DNA of 64,000 nucleotides from Spirochaetia bacterium (GCA_965199955.1 CBDATQ010000001.1:448001-512000), one strand, 5' to 3'; counted from the stretch's first letter, positions 43,731-54,908 are shown. Notes: generated from the letters alone by a model not told the origin. Program-made: numbers and translations.

Positions 43731-45486
43731 ATGAGCACGCCTCCCGCCCACCCGCGCATTCCGTACGGCCAGGCCGACTTCCGGCGCATCCGCCGCAACC
43801 GCTGGCTGTACGTCGACAAGACGCGCTTCCTGCGGCTTCTGGAGCGGGAGGACTACGTCTTCCTGATCCGCCCGCGGCGCTTCGGCAAGTCGCTGTGGGT
43901 GTCGCTGCTGGAGAACTACTACGACCGCTTCTGGGCGGAGGACTTCGAGGCCACTTTCGCCGGAACCGACGTCGGGCAGGGCCCGACCGGCGAACAGAGC
44001 CGCTACGTCACCCTGCGCTTCAACTTCTCGGCGGTCAACGACAAGCTCGAGACCCTGGAGCGGGAGTTCGATACCTACTGCATGATAGAGCTTCAGGGAA
44101 CGCTGGAACGGCATCCCGATCTGTTTCCCGAAGCGGCGGTGCAGCGCATCCTTGCGCCACCCTCCATCGCCAACAAGCTCAGCATGTTGTTCCGGTACGC
44201 GGGCGACCACGGCATCCCGCTGTACGTGTTGATCGACGAGTACGACAATTTCGCCAACACCGTGCTGGCGCACCACGGCGCGGAGGCGTACCACTCGTTC
44301 ACGCACGGCGGCGGCTTCTACCGCAACTTCTTCGCCACGCTCAAGTCCGGCGCCGACCGCAGCGGCGGAGGTCTGGAGCGCCTGTTCATCACCGGGGTGT
44401 CGCCGGTCACCATGGACGACGTGACCTCGGGCTTCAACATCGGCACCAACATCAGCCTGGAAGCGGACTTCAACGAGATGGTCGGCTTCACCAAGGCGGA
44501 GGTGCGGCGCCTGGTGGAGACCTGCCAGGACCATGGCGTGTTCAACCAGGACCCGGCGGCCGCCATGGATCATGGGCCAGTGGTACAACGGCTACCGCTT
44601 CGCCAAGGCGGCCGAGACCGATCTGTACAACACCGACATGGTGCTCTACTACCTGAAACACTCGATTCCGAACCGGGAGGTGCCGGAGTACCTGATCGAC
44701 ACCAACGTGCGCATCGACTACGGCAAGCTGCGCCACCTGCTGGTGACCGGCCGGCAGCTCAACGGCAACTTCGACCTGCTGCGGGACGTGATCGGCGAGG
44801 AGCAGGTGGACACCCGCATCACGCCCGGCTTTTCGCTGGCGGAGCTCACCGAGCCGGAGAACTTCCTGTCCCTGATGCACTACTTCGGGCTGCTGAGCAT
44901 CCGCGGCGTGCAGGGCGTGATGCCGCGGCTGGCGATCCCGAACCAAACCGTGAAGCGGCTGATGTACGGCTTTCTGCGCGATGCCTACCGCGACGTGGAG
45001 GTGTTCTCGGTCAACCTGTTCCGGTTCGAGCAATTGATGCTGCGGATGGCCAACGAGGGCGAATGGCGGCCCGTGTTCGAATTCCTGGGCGAGGCGATCG
45101 CGCGGCAGACGGGGATTCGCGACTACATCGGCGGGGAGAAAGTCGTTCAGGGGTTCCTGGCCGCCTATCTGAGCGTAGCCGACTATTACGTGTTCCGGTC
45201 GGAGGCGGAGCTGGGGAAGGGACACGCGGACATCGCGCTGGAGCCGCTGGTCGCCCGCTATCCGCAGCTTCGGCGCGGCTATCTGATCGAGCTCAAGTAC
45301 CTGAAGCGCTCCGAGCCGGCGGACGCGGCCCGGGCGGCGCCGGCTGCGGACGAGGCGGCGGCGCAACTCCGGCGGTACCTGGCGGACGAGCGGCTGGCGC
45401 GGCAGTTCCCGGGGGTGCGCTTCACCGGCCTGGTCGTCGTGTTCCATGGCTGGGAGCTGGCGTTCTGCGATGCGGTACGACCGTGA
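43731..45486 (+). pseudogene. AAA-ATPase-like + PD-(D/E)XK nuclease protein; frameshift at ~44568
   Basis: YVDKT, RPRRFGKS, IDEYD, FITGV in one frame; WYNGY, G.ADI and IELK in the next. Confidence 0.85.
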
Positions 45487-45519
45487 CGTGCGTGCACGGC
45501 ACCGGCGTAGCTGAGCTCG

Positions 45520-46254
45520 CTACAGTGGGAGCCTCAAGGCGATCTCCTTGAGCCGGCGGTGGCGCCGCGCGGCGTCCGGGATCGACCGCTCGACGAGTTG
45601 CCAGAAGGCGGGGGAGTGGTTGCGAACCCGGAGGTGGGAGAGCTCGTGCACGACGACGTAGTCGATGAGCGAATCGTCCAGCATCACCACGCGCCAGTTG
45701 AGGCGGATCACGCCGTCCGAGCCGCAGCTTCCCCAGCGCTTGCGCTGATCGCGCACCAGGACGGGGGGCGGGGGACCGGAGCCGAGCCGGCTCCACCAGG
45801 CTTCGACCGCGGCGGGGAGGCGCTCCGCGGCGCGGACCCGGTACCAGGCGACGATGGCGTCGCGGGCGGTTGCGAACCGTTCCTCGTCGGCGAGTCCGGC
45901 GGGAACGGAGACCCGAAGTCGCAATCCGTCGAACCGCACCTGCGCTGATGTCCCGTCCCGCTGGCAGGTGAGAGGGATGGTCCGGCCCAGGTAGGGGATG
46001 TTCTCGCCGCTGACGAACCGGAGCGGTGCCGGTGCGTCGGCGAGCGATTGCAGCTTCTTGCGAATCCACGGGGCGCGCCTGATCACCAGGGCGCGGAGCT
46101 CTTCGTCCTCCGTGTCCAGCGGTGCGGCGAGTTGGACTCCGTCCCGATCGACGGAGATCATGATCGTCCTGGTGCGCCGCGCGCTGCGGCGGATCCGGTA
46201 CTCGATGGTGTCAGCGCCACAGCGGGCGACACACGTCTCCTCATTCTGCTTCAT
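45520..46254 (-). CDS. YgjP-like (DUF45/M48) zinc metalloprotease-family protein
   Basis: RWGSC, YVVVHELSH, NHSPAFW. Confidence 0.9.
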   Translation of the reverse strand: MKQNEETCVARCGADTIEYRIRRSARRTRTIMISVDRDGVQLAAPLDTEDEELRALVIRRAPWIRKKLQSLADAPAPLRFVSGENIPYLGRTIPLTCQRDGTSAQVRFDGLRLRVSVPAGLADEERFATARDAIVAWYRVRAAERLPAAVEAWWSRLGSGPPPPVLVRDQRKRWGSCGSDGVIRLNWRVVMLDDSLIDYVVVHELSHLRVRNHSPAFWQLVERSIPDAARRHRRLKEIALRLPL

Positions 46255-46413
46255 GGAGATGCTCCCTCGGCGCGTGGAGCGCTCAGTCGGCGAACTGGAA
46301 CGCGTAGAGGCTGTGCCGACCCAGGTTCATGACGTCATCCATCGTTAGCGCACCCACATCGCATCATGGTCAGGCTGTTCCTGGCAATCGACAGGATCGC
46401 GTACGATCGAGCC

Positions 46414-47901
46414 GTGCTGTTTGCCGAACTGGCCACGGTCTCGTCAGAGGTAGGCGCCACGCGCAGCCGGAGCGCCAAGGTGAAGGCGCTGGCCGAGTGC
46501 CTGCGGGCGCTCGCCGATGGCGACGAGCCGGTCGCGCTGGCCGCCGGTGTGTGCTTCCTGGCCGGAAGGCTCCGCCAGGGCCGCCTGGGAGTCGGGCCTG
46601 CAGCGATGCGGCGGCTGGGAGAGCTGCCCACGGCAGCCACCTCCGCGCTCACCGTGGGCGACGTCGATCGTGCCCTCGCCGAATTCGAACGGCAACGGCC
46701 GCGGCGGGTCGACCGGCTGCAGCCGCTGGTGCGCCGGGCTGCCGCGGATGAGCGCGACTACCTGCTGCGGCTACTGATCGGCGAGGTGCGGCAGGGCGCG
46801 CTGGAGGGCCTGCTGGTGGACGCTGTCGCCGCGGCGGCGGAGGTGCCACTGGACCGGGTGCGCCGCGCGCTCATGGTGTCGGGAGACTTGCCGGCGGTGG
46901 CGCAGGCGGCGCTGCGCGACAGCGGCGACGGATTGAAGGCGTTTCAGCTTCAGGTGTTCCAGCCGGTGGAGCCGATGCTCGCGCAGTCGGCGCCGACGGT
47001 TGCGGCTGCGCTGCAGCGCACTGGCGACGCCGCCGTGGAGGCCAAGCTGGATGGCATGCGGGTGCAGATCCACCGCGATGGGGACGCGGTGCGGGTCTTC
47101 ACGCGCAGCCTGCGCGACGTCACGGGCGGGGTGCCGGCGGCGGTGGCGGCCGCGAAGCGGCTGCGGGCCGGGTCGGCGGTGGTCGACGGCGAGGCGATCG
47201 CGCTGGGCTCCGGGGGGCGTCCGCGTCCGTTCCAGGAGACCATGAGCGCGGCCGGCCGGGCCTCCATCTTCCTGTTCGATTGCCTGTTCCTGGACGGCAG
47301 GGACCTGACCGGCGAGCCGTGGTCGGAGCGGCGGCAGGCGCTTGCCGGGATCTGCCCGGCCGATCTGCTGGTCGACGCGGTGGAGACCGGCGACGCGGAG
47401 GAGGCGCAGCGGTTCGTCGACCGGACCTTGCAGGCCGGGCACGAGGGCGTCGTGGTCAAGGCGGCGGACGGCACCTACGAGGCCGGCCGGCGAGGTCATG
47501 CCTGGATCAAGGTCAAGCCGGCGCTGACGCTCGACCTGGTGGTGCTGGCCGTCGAGTGGGGCTCGGGGCGCCGGGCGGGCTACCTGAGCAACCTGCACCT
47601 GGGAGCGCGCGATCCCGCTGGCGGCTTCGTGATGCTAGGCAAGACCTTCAAGGGCATGACCGACGAGGTCCTGCGCTGGCAGACCGAGCGGCTGCAGCAA
47701 CTGGCGACGCGCCGCGAGGGCCACGTCGTGCACGTGCGGCCGGAGCTGGTGGTGGAGATCGCCTTCGACGGCATCCTGACCAGCCGGCGCTACCCGGGCG
47801 GCATGGCACTGCGCTTCGCCCGCCTGCGGCAGTACCGGGAAGACAAGAGGGCCGCGCAGGCCGACACCATCGATACCGTACGGCAACTCCACCGCCGATG
47901 A
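46414..47901 (+). CDS. ATP-dependent DNA ligase (LigB-like)
   Basis: PMLA, EAKLDG, DGE, EGVVVK, WIKVK, LRFAR; start GTG 46414 or ATG 46366. Confidence 0.92.
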   Translation: MLFAELATVSSEVGATRSRSAKVKALAECLRALADGDEPVALAAGVCFLAGRLRQGRLGVGPAAMRRLGELPTAATSALTVGDVDRALAEFERQRPRRVDRLQPLVRRAAADERDYLLRLLIGEVRQGALEGLLVDAVAAAAEVPLDRVRRALMVSGDLPAVAQAALRDSGDGLKAFQLQVFQPVEPMLAQSAPTVAAALQRTGDAAVEAKLDGMRVQIHRDGDAVRVFTRSLRDVTGGVPAAVAAAKRLRAGSAVVDGEAIALGSGGRPRPFQETMSAAGRASIFLFDCLFLDGRDLTGEPWSERRQALAGICPADLLVDAVETGDAEEAQRFVDRTLQAGHEGVVVKAADGTYEAGRRGHAWIKVKPALTLDLVVLAVEWGSGRRAGYLSNLHLGARDPAGGFVMLGKTFKGMTDEVLRWQTERLQQLATRREGHVVHVRPELVVEIAFDGILTSRRYPGGMALRFARLRQYREDKRAAQADTIDTVRQLHRR

Positions 47902-48059
47902 TCCCGGCTGCCTGGACTACCCGTAGTGGCGGATGGTGCGCTGCAGCGCTTCGGGAATGGCGGAAGATCTCCTCTCGATCCAGGGTCCCAGGATCCACGG
48001 TCATCAGGCCAGCGCGGTCGGCAGTCATGGCCCCATCTTGTCCCGATCGGCATGTGGCG

Positions 48060-49136
48060 CTACAGGAGCGCCTTGACCAGGAGCAGGCTGAGCAGGGCGA
48101 GGAGCGCGGCGGCCAGCAGCCCGATCGCGAGCGGCCTGCCGCCGATGCGCAGCAGCCCGGTGACGTGGACGCCCAGGCCGACCCCGGCCATCGCCACGCT
48201 GGCCAGGAAGCCGGCGACGATCGTCAGCAGCCGCTCCGCGGAGAGGGTCACGTCGCCGGCGCCCCAGGCGAAGCTTTCGTGCAGGTGGAGCGTGACGGAG
48301 GGCAGCAGGTCCAGGCTCTGCAGCGTGGCCACGGCCACGAAGCCCAGGATGAACGGCGGCACCAGGGTGGTGATGCTGAACGGCTTGCCGACGTACGGCT
48401 GCCGGCTGCGGCGTCGCATGCGTCCGTACCACAGGCCGATGAGCACCACGCACGGAGCGAGCAGCAGCACGCGCACGAGCTTGACCACGACGGCGATCTC
48501 CGCCGCCTCGGTGCCGTAGGCGAAGCCGGCCGCCACCACCTGCGCGGTCGCGTGGATGCTGCTGCCGGCCCACACGCCGAACTCGCCCTGGGTCAGTCCG
48601 AGCAGCGCGCCGGCGGCGGGAAAGACGATCATCCACAGCAGACCGAGCAGGTTGATCGCGGCGATCGAGAACGCCGTTTCGCTCTCGTTCGCTTCCAGGA
48701 CGGGCGCCGTGACCGCGATGGCGGTGCTGCCGCAGATCGCCGTGCCGACCCCGACCAGCAGGCCGAGCTTGCGCGACGCGCCCAGCCTGAGCGCCAGCCA
48801 CACCGTCCCCAGCAGCGCCACGGCCACGCAGACCACGTTGATCGCCAGTCCCCGCACCGTGGCGTCCAGCAGCAGGCGGAAGTCGAGCCGCACGCCGATC
48901 AGGACGATGGCCGCGGGCAGCACGCCGTGCACGGCGAAGCGCACCCCGTCGCGCGCAGCCCGCGGCAGCCCGATCAGGTTGCGCACCAGCGCGCCGATGA
49001 CGATGGCGATCAGCATCGGCTCGATCGGGTGGCGGTCGCCGATCGTGAAGGGCGCGAACGGCAGGCCGTGAACGAACTGCGCGGCGATGGCGACCGCGGC
49101 GGCGATCGCGAGGCCGGGACCGTAGGTCGCGCTCAT
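48060..49136 (-). CDS. YeiH / putative sulfate exporter family membrane protein
   Basis: GTAICG.TA, WAG.SIH.T.QV, VKL.RV, AMAGVGL. Confidence 0.88.
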   Translation of the reverse strand: MSATYGPGLAIAAAVAIAAQFVHGLPFAPFTIGDRHPIEPMLIAIVIGALVRNLIGLPRAARDGVRFAVHGVLPAAIVLIGVRLDFRLLLDATVRGLAINVVCVAVALLGTVWLALRLGASRKLGLLVGVGTAICGSTAIAVTAPVLEANESETAFSIAAINLLGLLWMIVFPAAGALLGLTQGEFGVWAGSSIHATAQVVAAGFAYGTEAAEIAVVVKLVRVLLLAPCVVLIGLWYGRMRRRSRQPYVGKPFSITTLVPPFILGFVAVATLQSLDLLPSVTLHLHESFAWGAGDVTLSAERLLTIVAGFLASVAMAGVGLGVHVTGLLRIGGRPLAIGLLAAALLALLSLLLVKALL

Positions 49137-49154
49137 CGGGAACCCATGCGGCGC

Positions 49155-50102
<948 letters not shown>

Positions 50103-50120
50103 CGCCGCGCCTCCCCGTCC

Positions 50121-50831
50121 TTACCCGGAGTGCTCGGTGCCCTCGCGGTAGCGGGCGATCTGGGCGTTGAGCTGGTCGATCTCGCCCTGCAGCCGCTCCA
50201 GGGACAGTTGCAGGGGGTCGGGCAGCGCGGTGTGCTCCAGGTTGGCTCCTTCCTCCATGCGCACCCCGCCCCGGCGGGAGACGCGGCCGGGCACGCCCAC
50301 CACCGTGGCGTCCGGCGGGACGTCCCGCACCACCACCGCGTTGGCGCCGACGGTGACGTTGGCGCCGATGTTTGTGTTGCCCAGGATCTTGGCGCCGGCG
50401 CCGACCACGACGTTGTCGCCCAGGGTGGGGTGGCGCTTGCCCTGCCGGCTGCCGGTGCCGCCCAGGGTCACCCCCTGGAACAGCGTCACGTCGCGGCCGA
50501 TGACGGAGGTCTCACCGATGACCACCCCCATGCCGTGGTCGATGAACAGGCCGGGCCCGATGTCAGCCCCCGGATGGATCTCGATGCCGGTGAGCAGGCG
50601 CGCGACGGCGGCCAACGCTCGCGGCACGATCGGCAGGTGCAGCCGCCACAGTGGGTGGGCGACGCGGTGCACGACCAGCGCATGGAATCCGGCGTAGGTG
50701 AGGATGATCGACAGGCTGCTGGTCGCCGCCGGATCACGCTCGCGCGCGGCGCGGATCTCGTCGGCGAACACCAGCCGGACGGCCACCAGACAGGCGGCCA
50801 GCGCCGCGACGACGATGGCGGCGGTCAGCAC
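50121..50831 (-). CDS. cysE: Serine O-acetyltransferase with an N-terminal hydrophobic helix
   Basis: ERDPAA, TGIEIHPGA, FIDHGMGVVIGET, KRHPT, VGVPG. Confidence 0.93.
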   Translation of the reverse strand: MLTAAIVVAALAACLVAVRLVFADEIRAARERDPAATSSLSIILTYAGFHALVVHRVAHPLWRLHLPIVPRALAAVARLLTGIEIHPGADIGPGLFIDHGMGVVIGETSVIGRDVTLFQGVTLGGTGSRQGKRHPTLGDNVVVGAGAKILGNTNIGANVTVGANAVVVRDVPPDATVVGVPGRVSRRGGVRMEEGANLEHTALPDPLQLSLERLQGEIDQLNAQIARYREGTEHSG

Positions 50832-50835
50832 TGCA

Positions 50836-50925
50836 TCAGCACTCGGAGTGGCCGCAGTTGCCGCAGGTCTGGCAGCCCTCGGCGTGCACGAGGCTCGCCT
50901 CGCCGCACTCCGGACAGAGATCGGC
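50836..50925 (-). pseudogene. NrdJ-type C-terminal zinc ribbon remnant ADLCPECGEASLVHAEGCQTCGNCGHSEC*
   Basis: CPxCG..L...EGC..C..CG.S.C pattern directly downstream of nrdR and in frame with it. Confidence 0.8.
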
Positions 50926-50958
50926 GGCCGGCTGTCGGTCCGTCAGCCATGTTCTCTG

Positions 50959-51441
50959 CTATACGGACGCCGGTTCCTCGTACGGTTCCTCCGTACGGCC
51001 CTCCAGCCGGTCGATCTCATTCCGGAACGCCCCCGTATCGGTGAAGCGTCCGTAGACGGATGCGAAGCGGACGTAGGCGACCTCGTCCAGGTGCCGGAGC
51101 TGCTCGGTGATCAGTTCGCCGATCGTCCGCGAGCTGACCTCCGGGCCCAAAGCGCGCAGCCGCGTCTCCAGGTCGTCGACGACACGGGTCAGCCGGGCCG
51201 CGGACACCGGCCGCTTGGCGCACGCCTTCTGCAAACCGACCATCACCTTGTCGCGCTCGAACGCCTCGCGGCTGCCGTTCGCCTTGACCACCGTCGGCGC
51301 GCTCTGCTCGACGTGCTCGTAGGTGGTGAAGCGATGCGCGCACGCGCGGCAACTCCTCCTCCGCCGGACCGCACGCCCGTCGTCGAGCGGGCGCGAGTCG
51401 ATGACGCGGCTGTCCTGCGAGTGACATGCGGGGCAGCGAAT
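50959..51441 (-). CDS. nrdR: Transcriptional repressor NrdR (probable ATT start)
   Basis: RCPAC, VIDSR, RRRR.C..C..RFTTYE, ATP-cone, DEVAYVRFASVY. Confidence 0.95.
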   Translation of the reverse strand: MRCPACHSQDSRVIDSRPLDDGRAVRRRRSCRACAHRFTTYEHVEQSAPTVVKANGSREAFERDKVMVGLQKACAKRPVSAARLTRVVDDLETRLRALGPEVSSRTIGELITEQLRHLDEVAYVRFASVYGRFTDTGAFRNEIDRLEGRTEEPYEEPASV

Positions 51442-51451
51442 GTCCAGACCT

Positions 51452-51499
51452 CCACAAGATATAGTATTCAAGATCGAACGATCTCACTATATGATGTCC
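51452..51499. promoter_or_regulatory. Tandem NrdR boxes
   Basis: ccacaagatatagtat (51452-51467, 13/16 match) and tcactatatgatgtcc (51484-51499, 11/16 match) to acaCwAtATaTwGtgt, starts 32 bp apart. Confidence 0.8.
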
Positions 51500-51522
51500 A
51501 TTGTCAATACCGATGGGCCTGA

Positions 51523-51939
51523 CTTAGATCGAAGTCACGACCTCCAGCTAGCCGGCGAAGTCGTCAGCCGGTCGCTCAGGTCGTCCACCAGGAGCGGACT
51601 GAGCTGTTCGTCGGTCCGCTTCCGCCACCCGATCAGCTCAAAGCCTACAACGAAGCGCACCCCGACGCCGCCCACCGGGTCCTCGCGATGGCTGAACAAC
51701 AAGCGGAGCACCGGAGGAGCCAGGAAGCCGCGATCGTGAAAAGCGAGATCAAGAAGTCCTTTCTGGGTCAGTGTTTCGCCTTCATGATCGCCGCCGCGCT
51801 TGTCTTCGGCGGCATCTTCCTTCTGTACTTCGAGAAGAAGATCGCGGGCTTTGGTAGCATCGGAACCGCCGTCGGATCGGCGATCATCGTCTTCTGGATG
51901 GGACGAAGAATGCAGAGCCGCGAGCGCACTCAGAAGTAG
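51523..51939 (+). CDS. DUF2335-like membrane protein; 5' start unclear
   Basis: In-frame GPLPPPDQLKAYN...AA.RVLAMAE....HR followed by two TM helices; no canonical start before the motif. Confidence 0.65.
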   Translation, partial: LRSKSRPPASRRSRQPVAQVVHQERTELFVGPLPPPDQLKAYNEAHPDAAHRVLAMAEQQAEHRRSQEAAIVKSEIKKSFLGQCFAFMIAAALVFGGIFLLYFEKKIAGFGSIGTAVGSAIIVFWMGRRMQSRERTQK

Positions 51940-51949
51940 GACAATCACC

Positions 51950-52762
51950 ATGCATCTGGCAACCATGACCAGCGTCTGCCCGGACTGGACGCTCGACGAG
52001 ATCGTGTCGGCGATGAAGCGCCACGGCTATCGCGGGCTGGAGCCCCGTGTGGAGTGGGATCACGCCGCCGGAATAGAGGCTTCGATGACGCCGGCCGAGC
52101 GGCGTGCCGCGCGCGACCGGCTGGCCGACGACGGGCTGGAGTTCTGCTGCCTGGCCACCGGGGTGAAGATGGCGACCCCCGATGCCGCCGAGCGCGCCGG
52201 GCAGGTCGACGACCTGCGCCGCTACGTCGAGCTGGCCGGCGACTTGGGCGCGCCTTGCCTGCGGACCTTCGGAGGCGCGCATGCCCCCGGCGACCTGCTG
52301 CCGATCGTCGACTACGTGGCCGACGGCTACCGGGCGGTGATGGACGAGGCGGAGGCACGCTCGGTGACGGTGCTGATGGAGACGCACGACTTCTGGAGCG
52401 CGTCGGCCCCGGTGCGGGCGGTGGTGGAGCGCGTCGGCCACGAGCGGTGCGCGGTGCTCTGGGACCTGCTGCATCCCATGCGGGTCCTGGAGCGGCCGGA
52501 GGTGACGTTCCAGAACCTGTCGGCGTTGACCCGGCACCTGCACGTGCACGACTACGAATACGGCCCCGACGGCCGCTCGCGGGCCGCCGCGCTGGGCGAG
52601 GGCCTGTACGATCACGAGCCGCCGCTGCGCCTGCTGGCGGACGCCGGCTTCTCCGGCTACGCATCGGTGGAGATCATCCACGGCCGCGGCACCGAGCACG
52701 ACGCGGAAGGCGTCCTGGCCCAGTATGCGGGCAAGCTGCGCGAGTACCTGTCGCAGGGGTAG
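51950..52762 (+). CDS. Sugar phosphate isomerase/epimerase (xylose isomerase-like TIM barrel)
   Basis: GY.GLE.R, METHD, WD..HP, HVHD, SVE. Confidence 0.88.
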   Translation: MHLATMTSVCPDWTLDEIVSAMKRHGYRGLEPRVEWDHAAGIEASMTPAERRAARDRLADDGLEFCCLATGVKMATPDAAERAGQVDDLRRYVELAGDLGAPCLRTFGGAHAPGDLLPIVDYVADGYRAVMDEAEARSVTVLMETHDFWSASAPVRAVVERVGHERCAVLWDLLHPMRVLERPEVTFQNLSALTRHLHVHDYEYGPDGRSRAAALGEGLYDHEPPLRLLADAGFSGYASVEIIHGRGTEHDAEGVLAQYAGKLREYLSQG

Positions 52763-52783
52763 CCGGCCCCTCGCGGGTAAGCG

Positions 52784-53521
52784 CTACCGGCCGTTGGCGC
52801 GGCGCAACTCCTCGAACACCTCCGGGCTCGGCGGGTAGTAGCGGCCGGGGCACACGCCTTCGGAGCGGATCTTCCGCTTGACGTAGTTCTCGGCCTCCTC
52901 CTGCTCGAGCGCCCACTCCATCACCGCCTCGGCCATCCACGACGGCACCACCAGGACGCCGTCGTTGTCGCCGACCATCACGTCACCGGGGCGCACCAGA
53001 GCGCCGCCGCACTGGATCTGCCCATTCTCCTCGGCCGGGGTCGCCTCCACGCTGCCGTGGAAGCTGCGCTGCGTGGCGTACACGGTCAGCCCGTAGTCCT
53101 CGTCGATGATCACGTCGAGGTCGCGGATGGCGCCGTCGATCACCACGCCGGCCGCACGGTTCATGGCGAGCTGCAGCAGCTTGACGTCGCCGGCCACCAC
53201 GTCCTTGCGTGAGCCCATGATGTCCGCCACCAGGACGTCGCCCGGTCCGCACCGTCCCATCGCCAGGAACTCCAATTCATCCTCGCCGCCGGTTCTCTCG
53301 CTCGCCAGGTCGGGCCGCACGGGGAGGAACCTGAGCGTCCGCGCCCGCGCGGCGAACCGCTCCCGGCCGGGCGTGAGCCTGGTCAATCCCTCGCAGACGT
53401 TCAGCCGGGAGCCGAAGTTGCAGACCCCGGCGTACACGGTCACCGTCGGGATCGACTTCAATCCATCCAGGACTTCCTGCGGTACTTCCACGGGCTTCAT
53501 GTCGAATGTGGGCATCTGCAT
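52784..53521 (-). CDS. RraA / HMG-aldolase family protein
   Basis: PGDVLV.D, GVVIDGAIRD, VRPGDVMVGDNDGVLVVP. Confidence 0.88.
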   Translation of the reverse strand: MQMPTFDMKPVEVPQEVLDGLKSIPTVTVYAGVCNFGSRLNVCEGLTRLTPGRERFAARARTLRFLPVRPDLASERTGGEDELEFLAMGRCGPGDVLVADIMGSRKDVVAGDVKLLQLAMNRAAGVVIDGAIRDLDVIIDEDYGLTVYATQRSFHGSVEATPAEENGQIQCGGALVRPGDVMVGDNDGVLVVPSWMAEAVMEWALEQEEAENYVKRKIRSEGVCPGRYYPPSPEVFEELRRANGR

Positions 53522-53571
53522 GATCTCAAGTGAGGAATGATACCGTCTCGATGCGTGCGGCATGGAGACCA

Positions 53572-54597
53572 TCACTCGAGAATGCTCGGATCGACGTCGT
53601 GGGCGATGCAGGCGACGCAGTCGCCCTGGCCGACGAGGGAGGGGCCGCGGCTGCCGAGGAGCACGCCCGCCGTCAGCGCGACGACGGCAGCCGGCTCCCG
53701 GTCCGGGCGCTCGAGGAAGTGGACCTGACCGACCTTCTCCCCATCCTCCACACTGCTGCCCAGATCGACGACGCTCTCGTAGATCCCCGACTCGGGCGCG
53801 AAGCGGTAGTCCTGGCGGTCGAGTGACTGCACCCAGCGCGTCGGCGGCAGGCCGAGCTCGGCTCGCGAGCGCTTCTTCCCCGCCACGACGCCGAGGTGGA
53901 CCAGCACGTTGCTCAGACCTTCCTGGCTCAGCCGGTGCACCCTTGCCGCGACGGGCTCGCCGCCGCCCATCTCCGTCGTGACGACGACCTTGCCCTGGCG
54001 CTCCGCCTCGACGGGCAGCAAACCGCTTCCGGCGATGTCGGTGTAGAGCAACGCAAAATCCGTGTTGTACGCTTCCGCTGCGGCCACCATCTTCCGGCGT
54101 TGATCACGGTCCGGCACCAGGTGCATGTGAGCGCACGGATAGAAGTCGAAGCTGCGCCCACCGGAGTGCAGGTCGATGACGGCGTCCGCCATGGGGAATA
54201 GGTGGGTCGTCACGTAGTGCGCCAGCATCTCCGAAACGGAGCCGGTCGGATCGCCGGGGAAGCAGCGGTTGAAGTTCCTGCCGTCCAGCGGTGAGAGGCG
54301 TGCGGCGGCCTTCGACGCGGGCACGCTGAGCGCCGGGATCATGATGAGCCGGCCTCGGACAATCTCGAGTGGCAGGTCCCGGCAAAGCTTGAGGATCGCG
54401 ACCTGCCCCGGATACTCGTCGCCGTGGTTTCCCGCCATGAGCAGGACGGTCGGGCCCTCGCCGGCGGCGAGCACCGCTATCGGCACCTGCAGGTTGGCCC
54501 AGCCGCCGAGGTTGTGCGAGTAGGGAACCGCGAGGTGACCGATTTGCTTGCCGGGCTTCTCGTAGTCGACGGTAGCGCTGATCTGCGTGCTTTCCAT
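53572..54597 (-). CDS. Succinylglutamate desuccinylase/aspartoacylase family protein (DoeB-like)
   Basis: GNHGDEYPG, NFNRCFPG, IDLHSGG, TTEMGGG. Confidence 0.9.
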   Translation of the reverse strand: MESTQISATVDYEKPGKQIGHLAVPYSHNLGGWANLQVPIAVLAAGEGPTVLLMAGNHGDEYPGQVAILKLCRDLPLEIVRGRLIMIPALSVPASKAAARLSPLDGRNFNRCFPGDPTGSVSEMLAHYVTTHLFPMADAVIDLHSGGRSFDFYPCAHMHLVPDRDQRRKMVAAAEAYNTDFALLYTDIAGSGLLPVEAERQGKVVVTTEMGGGEPVAARVHRLSQEGLSNVLVHLGVVAGKKRSRAELGLPPTRWVQSLDRQDYRFAPESGIYESVVDLGSSVEDGEKVGQVHFLERPDREPAAVVALTAGVLLGSRGPSLVGQGDCVACIAHDVDPSILE

Positions 54598-54908
54598 TGT
54601 TCGCAAGCAGTGTAACGAAAGGCAGTGGCCGGGGTCTTGGTCATTCCTCCCGGGGGGCGACCCTGGGCTTCGCAGCCGTCACGGTCGGGCCGCCCACCGG
54701 CGCTCGCCGTCGTGTCAGCCGACTCCACTTCTCTACTCCCTTGCCTGTCGCCCCGCCCGGAACTCGCAACTCGCGTGGAGCCGCGCGTAACGTGCCGCGC
54801 CCACCGCGATTCGAAGTGCATTCGCGGATATAGCTTGACAATCGGATGCAGTCGTGCCAACGTGACACACGGACAGTTGTCTTGTCCGAAACACCAAAAG
54901 GAGCAACG

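Noticed and set aside
54600..54830. Riboswitch or tRNA at the island boundary
   Set aside because: No recognisable conserved motif, cloverleaf or flanking direct repeat was found by eye.
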